From Elusimicrobiota bacterium (GTDB lineage Bacteria > Elusimicrobiota > Elusimicrobia > UBA1565), in contig JBDREN010000011.1 in assembly GCA_043819795.1 (NCBI GenBank), positions 1 through 22,159 on the forward strand: a stretch of DNA of 22,159 nt. The letters are read 5' to 3'. Under the pieces are notes generated by a model. That model was not told where the DNA came from. It was given only the letters and a program-made list of their open reading frames with translations, and made no database searches. A program made the position numbers and the translations under genes. Below, one piece after another: positions 7,418 through 16,378 of the stretch (position 1 is its first letter; each line of letters opens with the position of its first letter).

Positions 7418-7605
7418 AGGTGCGCTATAGTCGGTCGGTGCCGCGTAAGCCCCGGTCCATCCCACTCGCCCGATCCCCGCTCCCATGGCGGCGGGGCGGG
7501 GCTTGGTCAGGGTCAAGCCAGAGCGTCAAGGTGGATGCGTGTTCAAGGGTTGACTCGCCGGGCCGAAACTGTCTAAATGGTGTCGGGACCGAAAAAGAGG
7601 AACGG

Positions 7606-8649
7606 ATGGGAGACCCCGGGAACAGCGAGATGGGCCGGCTGATACGCGAGGTGTGCAGGCGGCCGCTGGGCAGCCGCCTGCGTCTGTGTGAGGGGATGAT
7701 GCAGTCGCCGACCTACCTTTTGCAGGCCGGGGACCAGCCGCTGGGGGATGCCGAGGTCCGCTCCGTCAAGGGGACGGGGGGCCTCTCGGTTTGGGCCGAG
7801 TCCGACGCGTCGCTGGGCGGGGTGTGGGTCCCGCTGTTCACCGGGCACGAGCAGGCCTCCGCCTACGTCTCGCGCCAGGATCTGCGTCCGCCTGAAGGGC
7901 GCCGGTTCCAGTGGGTCCGCCATGAACCCGGCCAGGTCTACGAGGTGTTGCAGGGCATCCCCTGCTTCGCGGGCGTCTGGCTCGATCCGGGCGCGCAGAG
8001 CAGGGTGCGGCTCGATTGGGCCGAGGTCAACGCCCTCTCGGAGAGGCGGCTCCCGGCGGACATCCCGGTGCTCTACACGCTTCCCGTCGACGGCTATCGC
8101 CTGCCGGAGGGCACCCGGTGCCGCATCGGGCATCTCGACGAGCGCGTCTTCGGGTTCCAGGGCCGGCAGGTGATCTTCCCGGAAGCCGGCGACCTGGAGC
8201 TGCAGGATTTTCGCAAGCTCGTCCAGGTGGACCTCGACGAGGATGAGACGGCGTGGGCTCCATGCCGCCACTTCGTCGCCTTCCTGCGGCGGGTCGTGGC
8301 CGGGGGGAAAGCCGGCGCCCGGCGTCACGAGCATGCGCTCGTGCAGTCGCTCATCGCCTTCGAGATGTACGGGGAGGCGGAGGCGTTCTGCTCGCGGCTC
8401 GCGGGCGAGGACGGCCGTGCGTCCTACGCGCTGGCGCAGCTGTCGCTGATATTCCGCCGATCGGGGCGTCTTGAGAGCTGCATCGAGGTATGCCGGAACG
8501 GCCTTCGGGAGCATCCGGCCGAGCCGATGCTCTACCGCAACTTGGTCCTTTCGCACGCTCAGATGGAGAACCTGGAGGAGGCCCGGGAGGTCGCCCGCCG
8601 CGGCCTGCGGTGGTTCCCCGACGACGCGACCCTGATCAGGTTCGTATGA
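7606..8649 (+). CDS. SseB-like N-terminal domain plus C-terminal TPR protein
   Basis: Start reassigned to ATG 7606 (AAAGAGGA RBS). WVPLFT...AGVWLDPG...LDWAEVNAL resembles an SseB N-domain. The C-terminus has TPR helices (LYRNLVLSHAQMENLEEAREVARRGLRWFPDD). Confidence 0.75.
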   Translation: MGDPGNSEMGRLIREVCRRPLGSRLRLCEGMMQSPTYLLQAGDQPLGDAEVRSVKGTGGLSVWAESDASLGGVWVPLFTGHEQASAYVSRQDLRPPEGRRFQWVRHEPGQVYEVLQGIPCFAGVWLDPGAQSRVRLDWAEVNALSERRLPADIPVLYTLPVDGYRLPEGTRCRIGHLDERVFGFQGRQVIFPEAGDLELQDFRKLVQVDLDEDETAWAPCRHFVAFLRRVVAGGKAGARRHEHALVQSLIAFEMYGEAEAFCSRLAGEDGRASYALAQLSLIFRRSGRLESCIEVCRNGLREHPAEPMLYRNLVLSHAQMENLEEAREVARRGLRWFPDDATLIRFV

Positions 8650-8721
8650 TGAGTTTTCAACGGGATATCGCCGTCCCCGATCCGTTCATCGCGGGAGACA
8701 CCTCCGAGGAGTGAACGCACC

Positions 8722-9348
8722 ATGAACATCCAAACGGTCCTTATCCTGGCGCTGGGGCTTGTGATGGCGGCGCCCGGAGAGCTGTTCTCACAGCCGGGCT
8801 ACATGCGGAAGCCGTCCTACCGGGAAAAGAGCAATGAAGAGGCCCCCGAGCCGAAGTCCAGGAGGCGCAGAAGGGAGGAGAAGGTCGAGGAACCGGTCGA
8901 GGAGCCTGCGGAGGAGCCCGTCGGGGTCAGCAAGGAGAGTATCGAGGCCTATCTGCAGAAGCGGTTGAATAAGCTGAAGAAGGTCTATGAGGACCAGGAC
9001 GCCTTCGGCCTCCGGAGGAGCGGCGCCTGGAAGAATTTCTGGCTCAAGAGGTATGAGGAGCGCAAGCTCTTCGAGGTACGCGTCGCCCGCCAGCGGCTCA
9101 ATCTCTTCGAGTCGCTCGCCTCCCTGGATCCCTCCTATCACGGGCAGACCATCGCCGACTTCGAGAGGCTGCAGGACAATGTCATCAAATCCTTCGAGAG
9201 CCAGCAGAAGGAGAAGATGGACGAGTTCTTCGCGGGCCTGACCCGGGACATCGAAGAGTACGCCAAGGGGCAGGAACGCATCCGGGCGGATTTTTTGGAG
9301 TCGGCCATTGAGGCGTGGAAGTCCCAGAAGTCGGCGAGCAGGGACTAG
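8722..9348 (+). CDS. Exported highly charged coiled-coil hypothetical protein
   Basis: GAGGAG RBS; signal-peptide-like N-terminus; (V/A)EEP x3 linker (12-bp repeats, 8884-8919); E/K/R-rich helical body. Confidence 0.8.
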   Translation: MNIQTVLILALGLVMAAPGELFSQPGYMRKPSYREKSNEEAPEPKSRRRRREEKVEEPVEEPAEEPVGVSKESIEAYLQKRLNKLKKVYEDQDAFGLRRSGAWKNFWLKRYEERKLFEVRVARQRLNLFESLASLDPSYHGQTIADFERLQDNVIKSFESQQKEKMDEFFAGLTRDIEEYAKGQERIRADFLESAIEAWKSQKSASRD

Positions 9349-9364
9349 CTTCTTCCGCACGCTG

Positions 9365-9391
9365 CCGGGCATCCGCGGCGCGGATGCCCGG
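9365..9391. terminator. Hairpin between convergent genes (probable bidirectional terminator or 3' stabiliser)
   Basis: 12-bp perfect stem CCGGGCATCCGC / GCGGATGCCCGG with a 3-nt loop; U-tract is weak. Confidence 0.55.
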
Positions 9392-9399
9392 TTCGCCTT

Positions 9400-10209
9400 T
9401 TAGGGCCGATATATTCGGTAGAAGAACGGCTTCCCGGCCAGCAGGTGGATGCGGTACCGGCGGTAGCGTTCCAGCACCTCCTTCTGCCGGCGGATTCGCG
9501 CGAAGGCCTTCTTGATGGCGGCATCGGCGATCTCGCGGTTCGGGGGCCTGTCGTAGAACTCCGACAGGTCGACGGGGGGGCCGTAATACAGGTAGATGGT
9601 CCTGAATATCTTGGGCCAGAACTTCCCGACGGGCAGGGTGCGGTTCGCGCCGTCCATGCTGACCGGGACGGCCGTCGCCCGGGTCCTGAGCATCACGTAG
9701 CCGATCCCCGATCTGGGAGGCAGCAGTTCCCCGGTGCGGGAGCGGGTCCCTTCCGGGAAGACGATCATGAGCCCGTTTCTCAGGCACGCTTCCATACGCT
9801 TCATCGCGCGGAAGTCCTTCCTCCCGGGCCTGACGGGGATCAAGTTCCAATTGTCAGAGAACCACCTCACGAACGGGTTGGCGTAGAAGTTCTCGAAGGC
9901 GGCCGGCAGCCAGGGCAGCCTGGAGGGGGCGATCAGGCACCTCGGGAAGATGACCGCGTAGCCCACGAGGAACCCGTCGACCATCGACTGATGGTTCGGC
10001 AGGTAGACGGTGTTCTTGTCCAGGCGGACGTTCTCCCGCCCGATGACGATCGTGCGGTTGAACACCTCGAAGAATATCTTGGCGACCACGGCGGTGAGGT
10101 TCGTGACCATGTAGCGGGTGACGGGCCAGAAGAAGTGGAATATCGGGCCGCGGTGCGGGATGCGCATCCGGTCGCTCGCCGCGCGGCGGCCGTCTCGGGT
10201 CTCGGTCAT
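9400..10209 (-). CDS. Lysophospholipid acyltransferase (PlsC/LPLAT family)
   Basis: NHQSMVD (HX4D) and VFPEGTRS motifs; start set at ATG 10209 behind GAGGAA. Confidence 0.92.
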   Translation of the reverse strand: MTETRDGRRAASDRMRIPHRGPIFHFFWPVTRYMVTNLTAVVAKIFFEVFNRTIVIGRENVRLDKNTVYLPNHQSMVDGFLVGYAVIFPRCLIAPSRLPWLPAAFENFYANPFVRWFSDNWNLIPVRPGRKDFRAMKRMEACLRNGLMIVFPEGTRSRTGELLPPRSGIGYVMLRTRATAVPVSMDGANRTLPVGKFWPKIFRTIYLYYGPPVDLSEFYDRPPNREIADAAIKKAFARIRRQKEVLERYRRYRIHLLAGKPFFYRIYRP

Positions 10210-10242
10210 GGTCGGAGTTCCTCGCAAGGGCAGCGGGGCGCC

Positions 10243-11634
10243 TCAGGCGGGGCTCACGGTGTCGGACTCCGGGATCCCCGCGGGCTCGGGCGCCCAGTGG
10301 ATCCCCGCCTTGAGCATGCCTCTAAGCTCAGCCTCGAAGAAGAACTCGCGCTTGCCGAAGGCTGGCTTCAGGTCGTCGAGCCAGACCGCCTTGGGGTCGT
10401 AGCGGGCGAAGAAGGGCCGGCCGACCCAGCCGGGATTCCGGCCCTGGATGAAGTTGAGCACGAAGACCTTCTCGCCGCGCACCTCGCCGATGCCCACGAT
10501 CCGCACCTTGCCCGGCACGGCCGACATGCTGGGCCCCCGGACCGAGCGGCACAGGCCGCCGACCCGGGTGTAGGCGGCGCGATATATCTCGCAGGCGCGG
10601 GCGAGCGGGACCGCGAAATAGCGCTGGGCGCCGGTGTCCCGCGCGAGGAACATGTAGTAGGGGATCATCCCCTGCTCCACCTGCATGCGCCACATCTTGG
10701 CCCAGACCTGGGGCGAGTCGTTGATGTTCCTCATGACCGGCGCCTGCGTCCGGATCTGGGCGCCGGTCGCCCGGACGGCCCGGACGGCCGCGCGCGCCTC
10801 GGGAGTGGCCAGCTCGGCCCAATGGTTGAAGTGGGACATGAAGGCCAGGTGCTTGCCCGAGTCCACTACGCGCCGGAAGAGGGCGAGAAGGTCGCCGGCG
10901 TCCGGATCGGTGAGCAGACGCTGCGGCCAGTAGCTGATCGCCTTGGTGCCGATGCGGATCGTGCGTACGCTCTTGACCCCGAGGACCCTGTCGATGTAGG
11001 ACTCCAGCAGGCGCGTCTTCATGACCAGCGGGTCGCCGCCCGTGAAAAGGACATCCGTGACGTACGCGTGCTCGCGCAGGTACTCGGCCAGGCTCTGGGC
11101 GTCGAGGGTGGCCAGCTTGAGGTCCTGGCGCCCGAAGAACTGGGGCCAGCGGAAGCAGAAGGTGCAGTAGGCGTGGCAGGTCTGGCACTGGCCGGGGAAG
11201 AAGAGCACGGTCTCCCGGTACTTGTGCTGCATCCCCTTGAGCCGCTCCCCGCGGTGGAGCGGCAGGTTGTGGTGCATCTGCCCGGCCGGGTGGGGATTGA
11301 GCGTCCGGCGGATCCGGGCGGCCTCCTCTTTGATCTTCTTGGGCGCCGCTCCTCCGTCGAGGAGCTTCTCAATGCGGCGGTAGTGCTTCGGATCGAGCAT
11401 CTGCCTGACGGGGAACGTGAGCGCGAAGATGGGATCGCGCGGGACGTTCCGCCAGTCGATGAGCCGGTTGACGACGTAATTGTTGGTTTTGAAGGGCAAC
11501 ACCTTCCCCACGACCCGGATGGCCTTGCGCATCTCTGCCGGCAGCGCCCGCACTTGCGGGACGCTTTCGAAGTTGGCCAGCGTGATCGGCCGGTACTCCG
11601 TGTCGCGGACTTCCCTCGCGAATACCCTGAACAT
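10243..11634 (-). CDS. KamA-family radical SAM protein (lysine 2,3-aminomutase-like)
   Basis: QHKYRETVLFF, CHAYCTFC (CxxxCxxC), VLFTGGDPL, IRIGTK, HFNH, IPYYMF, and GPSMSAVPGK (putative PLP Lys). Start at ATG 11634 behind GGAG. Confidence 0.92.
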   Translation of the reverse strand: MFRVFAREVRDTEYRPITLANFESVPQVRALPAEMRKAIRVVGKVLPFKTNNYVVNRLIDWRNVPRDPIFALTFPVRQMLDPKHYRRIEKLLDGGAAPKKIKEEAARIRRTLNPHPAGQMHHNLPLHRGERLKGMQHKYRETVLFFPGQCQTCHAYCTFCFRWPQFFGRQDLKLATLDAQSLAEYLREHAYVTDVLFTGGDPLVMKTRLLESYIDRVLGVKSVRTIRIGTKAISYWPQRLLTDPDAGDLLALFRRVVDSGKHLAFMSHFNHWAELATPEARAAVRAVRATGAQIRTQAPVMRNINDSPQVWAKMWRMQVEQGMIPYYMFLARDTGAQRYFAVPLARACEIYRAAYTRVGGLCRSVRGPSMSAVPGKVRIVGIGEVRGEKVFVLNFIQGRNPGWVGRPFFARYDPKAVWLDDLKPAFGKREFFFEAELRGMLKAGIHWAPEPAGIPESDTVSPA

Positions 11635-11665
11635 GGCTTGTCTCCGCCGTGGGGCGGAGTCTGCC

Positions 11666-11694
11666 AGGTTAGGCAATTTTCCCCTGACTGTCAA
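11666..11694 (-). promoter_or_regulatory. Sigma70-type promoter for the kamA-like/acyltransferase pair
   Basis: Minus strand TTGACA (11694-11689), 17-nt spacer, TAACCT (11671-11666); overlaps the RluA gene stop. Confidence 0.7.
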
Positions 11695-12344
11695 CAGGTT
11701 CGGCCCGTCTTCCTCCGGAAATCCTCAATGATTTCCAGGAAATCCGATGGAGGCCCCGCGCGCAGGCTGAGCAGGCGACCGGAGGGGCTCTCGAACTCGA
11801 GCGCCAGGGCGTGGAGCATCAGCCGCGGCACGCCTCCCACCGGCCGCGGCCGTCCGTAGAGGGGGTCCCCCATCACGGGATGACCGATGGAGTACAGGTG
11901 CACCCGGATCTGATGGCGGCGCCCGGTCTTCGGCTCGACGGCGAGGAGCGTGGCGCCATGCAGCCGGTCCCGGACGCGGTAGCCGGTCTCGCACGGGTCG
12001 CCGCGCCGGTCCACGCCCACGCGTCCCGAGCCGAACGCCCGGATAGGCGCCCGGACGAGGCCGCCCCGCTCGACGGCGCCCTGCGCGAGGGCCAGATAGG
12101 TCTTGCGCACGGAGCGGCGCTCGAAGGCCTTGGAGAGGAATCGGTGGCTGTTCGCGTCCTTCGCGAAGAGCACGAGCCCGCTGGTCTCGCGGTCGATGCG
12201 GTGCACGACGTACGCCTTGGCCCCGATGAGCTTCGAGACCTCCTCGACGAGCGGCCGTCCCTTCGCCGGGCCGCGCCCCGGGATCACGAGCCGGCCCGCG
12301 GGCTTCGCGACGGCGATCAGGTGTTCGTCCTCGTGGATGATCAC
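11691..12344 (-). CDS. RluA-family RNA pseudouridine synthase
   Basis: IHEDEHLIAVAKPAG, HRIDRETSG (catalytic Asp), TGRRHQIRVH, MGDPLYG, LMLHA. GTG start at 12344 behind AAGGAGG with a GTGA overlap; 217 aa. Confidence 0.94.
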   Translation of the reverse strand: MIIHEDEHLIAVAKPAGRLVIPGRGPAKGRPLVEEVSKLIGAKAYVVHRIDRETSGLVLFAKDANSHRFLSKAFERRSVRKTYLALAQGAVERGGLVRAPIRAFGSGRVGVDRRGDPCETGYRVRDRLHGATLLAVEPKTGRRHQIRVHLYSIGHPVMGDPLYGRPRPVGGVPRLMLHALALEFESPSGRLLSLRAGPPSDFLEIIEDFRRKTGRTC

Positions 12345-14896
12345 GGCCGCTCCTCCTTGGGGCCGGGACGGCCCGTGTAGCGCCGTCCCCACTCGCGCAG
12401 GACGGCGCGGTGGACCGCTCCCCCGTAGCGGCCGTGGAACGCGGCCAGGTTCCTCAGCTCCTCCCGCGTCAGCGGCCGGCCGCGCTCGAGGAGATGGCGC
12501 GTGAGGTACGGGGAGCTCCCGGCCGCGGGCTTGAGCCGCTCGTCGTGGGCCTCGAGCAGGCGGCTCGTGGAGTCGACGAACAGGGCGACCGGGGCCTTGT
12601 ACTCCAGGCGGGGAAAGAGGTCCTCGTTGAGCGGGCCCTCGCCCGCCGCGCGCCGTACCGTGGCGTCCGAGGCCGACTGCAGCGAGAGAAGCGTCGTGAG
12701 GTCGCCGATCCCGATGCTCCGGAGGTCCTCGAGGGCTTTGGGACGCGCGAAGGCCGCCGCCATCCGCTGGAACTCGCGGCTCGGGCGTCCGGTCCCGGCG
12801 GGCGCTTCCTCGGTGACGAGAGGCGCGGCCGACCCTACGAGCAGGATGTCGTTGGATGAGACGTTCCACAATGTGACCCGCTCGAACGCGGCCGAGAAGG
12901 TTCGCAGCACGAGGCGGAGCACCTCGTCGGACATCTCGTAGAGATGGAACCACTGGACCATGACTCCGCCCGGCTCTAGTCGGGCGCGGGCCTGGCGGTA
13001 GAAGTCGACCGAGAAGAGGGCTCCCATCCCCGCGATCCAGGGATTGGAGGGCTCGCTGATGATGGCGTCGTAGCGCCGGCCGGCGTCGCGCAGGAAGGTC
13101 TTCGCGTCCGTCACGTGGAGCCGGAGCCGGCCGTCGGCCAGGGGCTCGTGGTTGACCGGCCGGAACAGGGCTTCCGCGGCGACGACGGCCCTCGAGATCT
13201 CAACGACGTCCAGGCGCCGCACGGGGTGCAGCAGCGCGGTTCCGGCGGTGACCCCGCTGCCCAGGCCGATGATCAGGACGTCCTCGGCGCCCGGGCGCAG
13301 CACCAGTGGCAGGTGGGCGAGCAGGGCCTGGGTCGTCATGTCCTCCCCGCTCGAGGCGTCGGTCTTCCCGTTCACCTTGAGGTAGAGCGCGCCGTCGGGC
13401 GCCCTCGTCACGCTCACGCTGGCCTCGCGGTCGTCGGCGTAGAAGAGGACGGTGTCGCGCGCGAGGGCCTTCCGGAACGCGGCGTAGGTGAGCCCGGGAG
13501 GAGCGTCGCGGCGGAACGCGCCGCTTGAGAGCACTAGCCTGTCCAGGGGGGCGGAGAACGCGGCGTGGAGCAGGAACGCGGCGGCCGCGGAGGCGATAAC
13601 GGACGCCTTGCGCGGCGCCGCCCACGCGCCCGAGCGCCACAGCACGGCCGCGCCGACGAGGAGGTTGACGGCCATCCCGGCCTGGAAGAGCCCTTTGATG
13701 CCCAGCAAGGGCAGGAGCAGCAGGCTGGCCGCGAAGGCCCCGAGCACGTTGCCCAGCGTGTTGAGGGCGAACACGGCGCCCACCCCGCTCGCTATCCGGG
13801 AGGCCGTCCGGGTCACCGCGCGGCTGGCCAGCGGCAGCGTCGCCCCGAGGAACACTGTGGGAAGGAGCATCAGCAGCAGGCAGAACAGGAACTGCGAGAC
13901 CGTGTAGAGGCAGAAGTTCGCCGGGGTGCGCGGCAGGGCGCTGGCGAGGCGGAGCGCGAAGTAGGGGAGCCTTTCGAAGAGGGGCCAGGTCAGGATGATG
14001 GACACGGCCGCGCCGAGCTCCGAGAGGGCGAACAGCAGGGCCGGATCCCATCTCGCGAGCGCGCGGCGCCCCACGAGGAGGCTTCCCAGGGCGATCCCCG
14101 CGATGAATGCGGTGAGCATGAGCGAGAAGGCGTACGCCGAGGAGCCGAGGGCCAGCGCCAGCAGACGGATCCAGCCGATCTCGTAGCAGAGCGACACGAA
14201 GCCGGAGAGGAAGACCGCCGCGCACAGGATGCCGACGGAAGCCGGGGTCCGTCCCCCGACGGGGAGCGGCTCCGCGTCGTCCGCCGGATGGCTGTCGTGC
14301 GGGCATGAAGCTCCCCTCTTGGGGGAGGCGAGCCAGAGGGCGGCCGCTCCGATCCCCAGGTTCGTGGCCGCTCCGAGCAGGATGGGGGTTCGCAGACCGA
14401 GCAAGGGGATGAGCAGCATGCCAGCAAGGGCCGCGCCCGCGGCCGCGCCCGCGCTGTTGAGGAAGTATAGCCAGGAGACGCCCTCCCTCATCCGCTCGAG
14501 GGTGGGGGCGATCCAGCGGCTGAGAGCCGGCAGGGTCCCGCCCATGAGCGCGGCGGGCGCCAGGAGCACGAGGGCCCCGCCGCCCGCCCGCAGGGGACCG
14601 GGGAGCTGCCCGACCACCCGCAACAACCAAGGCGAGGCCGCGGCGAGGAGCGCGATGCCGAACTCGAGCTTGGCGTACAGGATCAGGGGGTCCGGGGAGC
14701 GGTCCGCGCGGGGACCAAAGAACGCGTTGCCGGCCGCGAGCCCCCCGAGGAAGGCCGCGAGCACGAAGGTCTGCGCCGCGGCCGTACTTCCCAGCGTCAG
14801 GGCGAGGTGCTTCGCCCAAAGCACCTCGTAGAGGAGGCTTGTCGCGCCGGAGAGGAAGAATATTAGCGAAACGGCTCGGGACCGGTCAGCCCTCAC
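12341..14896 (-). CDS. Fused MFS-like membrane domain / spermidine-synthase-like SAM-dependent domain protein
   Basis: Duplicated membrane repeat (FFLSGATSLLYEVLW / FLSGFVSLCYEIGW), YLKVNGKTDAS, VLIIGLGSGVT, DVVEIS, YDAIISEPSNPW. GTG start at 14896 overlaps the protease stop. Confidence 0.9.
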   Translation of the reverse strand: MRADRSRAVSLIFFLSGATSLLYEVLWAKHLALTLGSTAAAQTFVLAAFLGGLAAGNAFFGPRADRSPDPLILYAKLEFGIALLAAASPWLLRVVGQLPGPLRAGGGALVLLAPAALMGGTLPALSRWIAPTLERMREGVSWLYFLNSAGAAAGAALAGMLLIPLLGLRTPILLGAATNLGIGAAALWLASPKRGASCPHDSHPADDAEPLPVGGRTPASVGILCAAVFLSGFVSLCYEIGWIRLLALALGSSAYAFSLMLTAFIAGIALGSLLVGRRALARWDPALLFALSELGAAVSIILTWPLFERLPYFALRLASALPRTPANFCLYTVSQFLFCLLLMLLPTVFLGATLPLASRAVTRTASRIASGVGAVFALNTLGNVLGAFAASLLLLPLLGIKGLFQAGMAVNLLVGAAVLWRSGAWAAPRKASVIASAAAAFLLHAAFSAPLDRLVLSSGAFRRDAPPGLTYAAFRKALARDTVLFYADDREASVSVTRAPDGALYLKVNGKTDASSGEDMTTQALLAHLPLVLRPGAEDVLIIGLGSGVTAGTALLHPVRRLDVVEISRAVVAAEALFRPVNHEPLADGRLRLHVTDAKTFLRDAGRRYDAIISEPSNPWIAGMGALFSVDFYRQARARLEPGGVMVQWFHLYEMSDEVLRLVLRTFSAAFERVTLWNVSSNDILLVGSAAPLVTEEAPAGTGRPSREFQRMAAAFARPKALEDLRSIGIGDLTTLLSLQSASDATVRRAAGEGPLNEDLFPRLEYKAPVALFVDSTSRLLEAHDERLKPAAGSSPYLTRHLLERGRPLTREELRNLAAFHGRYGGAVHRAVLREWGRRYTGRPGPKEERP

Positions 14897-16289
14897 GCGG
14901 GACCCATTCCAGGTCGGCCTCCGACCAGTCGAACACGCGCAGCGGGAAGTACTTGAGGTCCAGGCGGACGGGGTGGGCCCGGGTGATGGACTGGGTCCGC
15001 CAGCGGTCCTGGACGAGGACGTAGATCCGGTCGCCGTCCCGGAAGTCCCGGACGACCTCGATGAATCGCTCGAGGCTCGGGGTGGGGACGCCGTTGACGC
15101 CCTCGATGAGCAGCAGGTACTTGGTGTGCGAGCCTTCGCGCCCGAGATCGGCGAAGGACGAGCCCTTCTCTGCCTGGGTGAGGAACACTCCCTCGCCGAC
15201 CAGGTTGTAGCTGAGGCGCTGGTAGGGGGTGACATCGTGCAGCACGCCGCCGGCGAACAGGACGAAGGAGCGCACCTTGTCCTTCTCGGCGTCCTGGACC
15301 GGGAGGCGGACGTCGCGGACCTTTCCGCCGCGCACGACGGTGAGCGACACCTTTCGTCCGACCCGGGAGTCGACGAGCTTGTCGAAGCGGTAGACGTCGT
15401 CTCCGAGCCATTCCTTCTCCACCTCGAGGACCAGGTCTCCGGCCTGAATGTGGCCCTCGGCCGGGGACATCGGGGCGACGTACTCCACGTAGACCATCCG
15501 CTTGATGTCGTCGCGCAGGGCGGCGACCTTGTAGGCGGCTTCGTCCGGAAGGCGGAAGTGCTTCTTGGCGTCGGAGATGAGCATGGTGTCGAGAGCCACG
15601 CCGATGTCTCCCCGCCGGACGCTTCCCGTCCGCGTGAGCTGGCGCAGGGCGTCGGCCAGGTACTCGACGCGCATCTCGAAGCTGGTCGAGTCGGAGCCCG
15701 CGAAGTGGATGCCCACGACCTCGCCGTCCGCGTTGAAGACCGGGCTGCCGCTCGAGCCCCCGGCGCGGTCGAAAGTCGTCTGGATGGTCGCGGAATGCCG
15801 CTGTCCCTTGCAGAGATGCAGGTTGGCCGTCTTGCCGAACTTGACCGAGTATTCCTGGGCGTCGTTGTTGCCGATGAGGAGCACGTCCTGCTGTTCGGTC
15901 AGCTTCCAGGAGTCGCCCAGGCGGACCGCCTGGAGCTGGAGGTCCTCGTCGGTCTTGTCCAGGCGGATGAAGGCGAAGTCGTGCCAGTTGTCGTAGTGCC
16001 AGTGCCTGGCCTCGGCCGTCCGCCCGTCCTCGAAAACGATCTTGATCCGGCCGGGGCTCGTGCCGACGACGTGGCGGTTCGTCGCGATGATGCCGCGCTC
16101 GGCGTCCACGATGAAGCCGGTCCCCTTGTTTACGCCCGTGCCCTCGGTATTCAGGCCGTGCTGGACCGAGATCTCGATATTGACGACGGTGGGCTTCAGC
16201 TCTTGGACCAGCGAGCCGGGTATCTCGCCGAAGGCGGGCGCGCCGTTTCCGGCGAGTGCCGCCGCCAGGATGAAGGGAAGTCGTGTCAT
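14886..16289 (-). CDS. Exported trypsin-like (HtrA superfamily) serine protease with PDZ domains, Nma111/Deg7-like
   Basis: Signal peptide; GTGFIVDAERGIIATNRHVV (His), WHDFAFI (Asp), GGSSGSPV (Ser); PDZ motif SPAEGHIQAGDLVLEV and a second degenerate PDZ. ATG 16289 lies behind GAGGAG. Confidence 0.92.
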   Translation of the reverse strand: MTRLPFILAAALAGNGAPAFGEIPGSLVQELKPTVVNIEISVQHGLNTEGTGVNKGTGFIVDAERGIIATNRHVVGTSPGRIKIVFEDGRTAEARHWHYDNWHDFAFIRLDKTDEDLQLQAVRLGDSWKLTEQQDVLLIGNNDAQEYSVKFGKTANLHLCKGQRHSATIQTTFDRAGGSSGSPVFNADGEVVGIHFAGSDSTSFEMRVEYLADALRQLTRTGSVRRGDIGVALDTMLISDAKKHFRLPDEAAYKVAALRDDIKRMVYVEYVAPMSPAEGHIQAGDLVLEVEKEWLGDDVYRFDKLVDSRVGRKVSLTVVRGGKVRDVRLPVQDAEKDKVRSFVLFAGGVLHDVTPYQRLSYNLVGEGVFLTQAEKGSSFADLGREGSHTKYLLLIEGVNGVPTPSLERFIEVVRDFRDGDRIYVLVQDRWRTQSITRAHPVRLDLKYFPLRVFDWSEADLEWVPREG

Positions 16290-16378
16290 AGCCGGTCTCC
16301 TCATTGGCTGTCGCGGGGAGTATTCTACCTTATGCCGGTATCATGGTGGACGCGCCGCACCCAAGTAGGTAAACTTTT

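Noticed and set aside
7337..7576. 79-aa ORF, and the 62-aa N-terminal extension of the 7420 ORF
   Set aside because: The first runs through a strong terminator and the extension has no RBS or codon bias. ATG 7606 has a good RBS.
8683..8717. Stem CGTTCAT / GTGAACG enclosing the RBS of the exported protein
   Set aside because: Short and imperfect, with the SD mostly unpaired; not distinguishable from chance.
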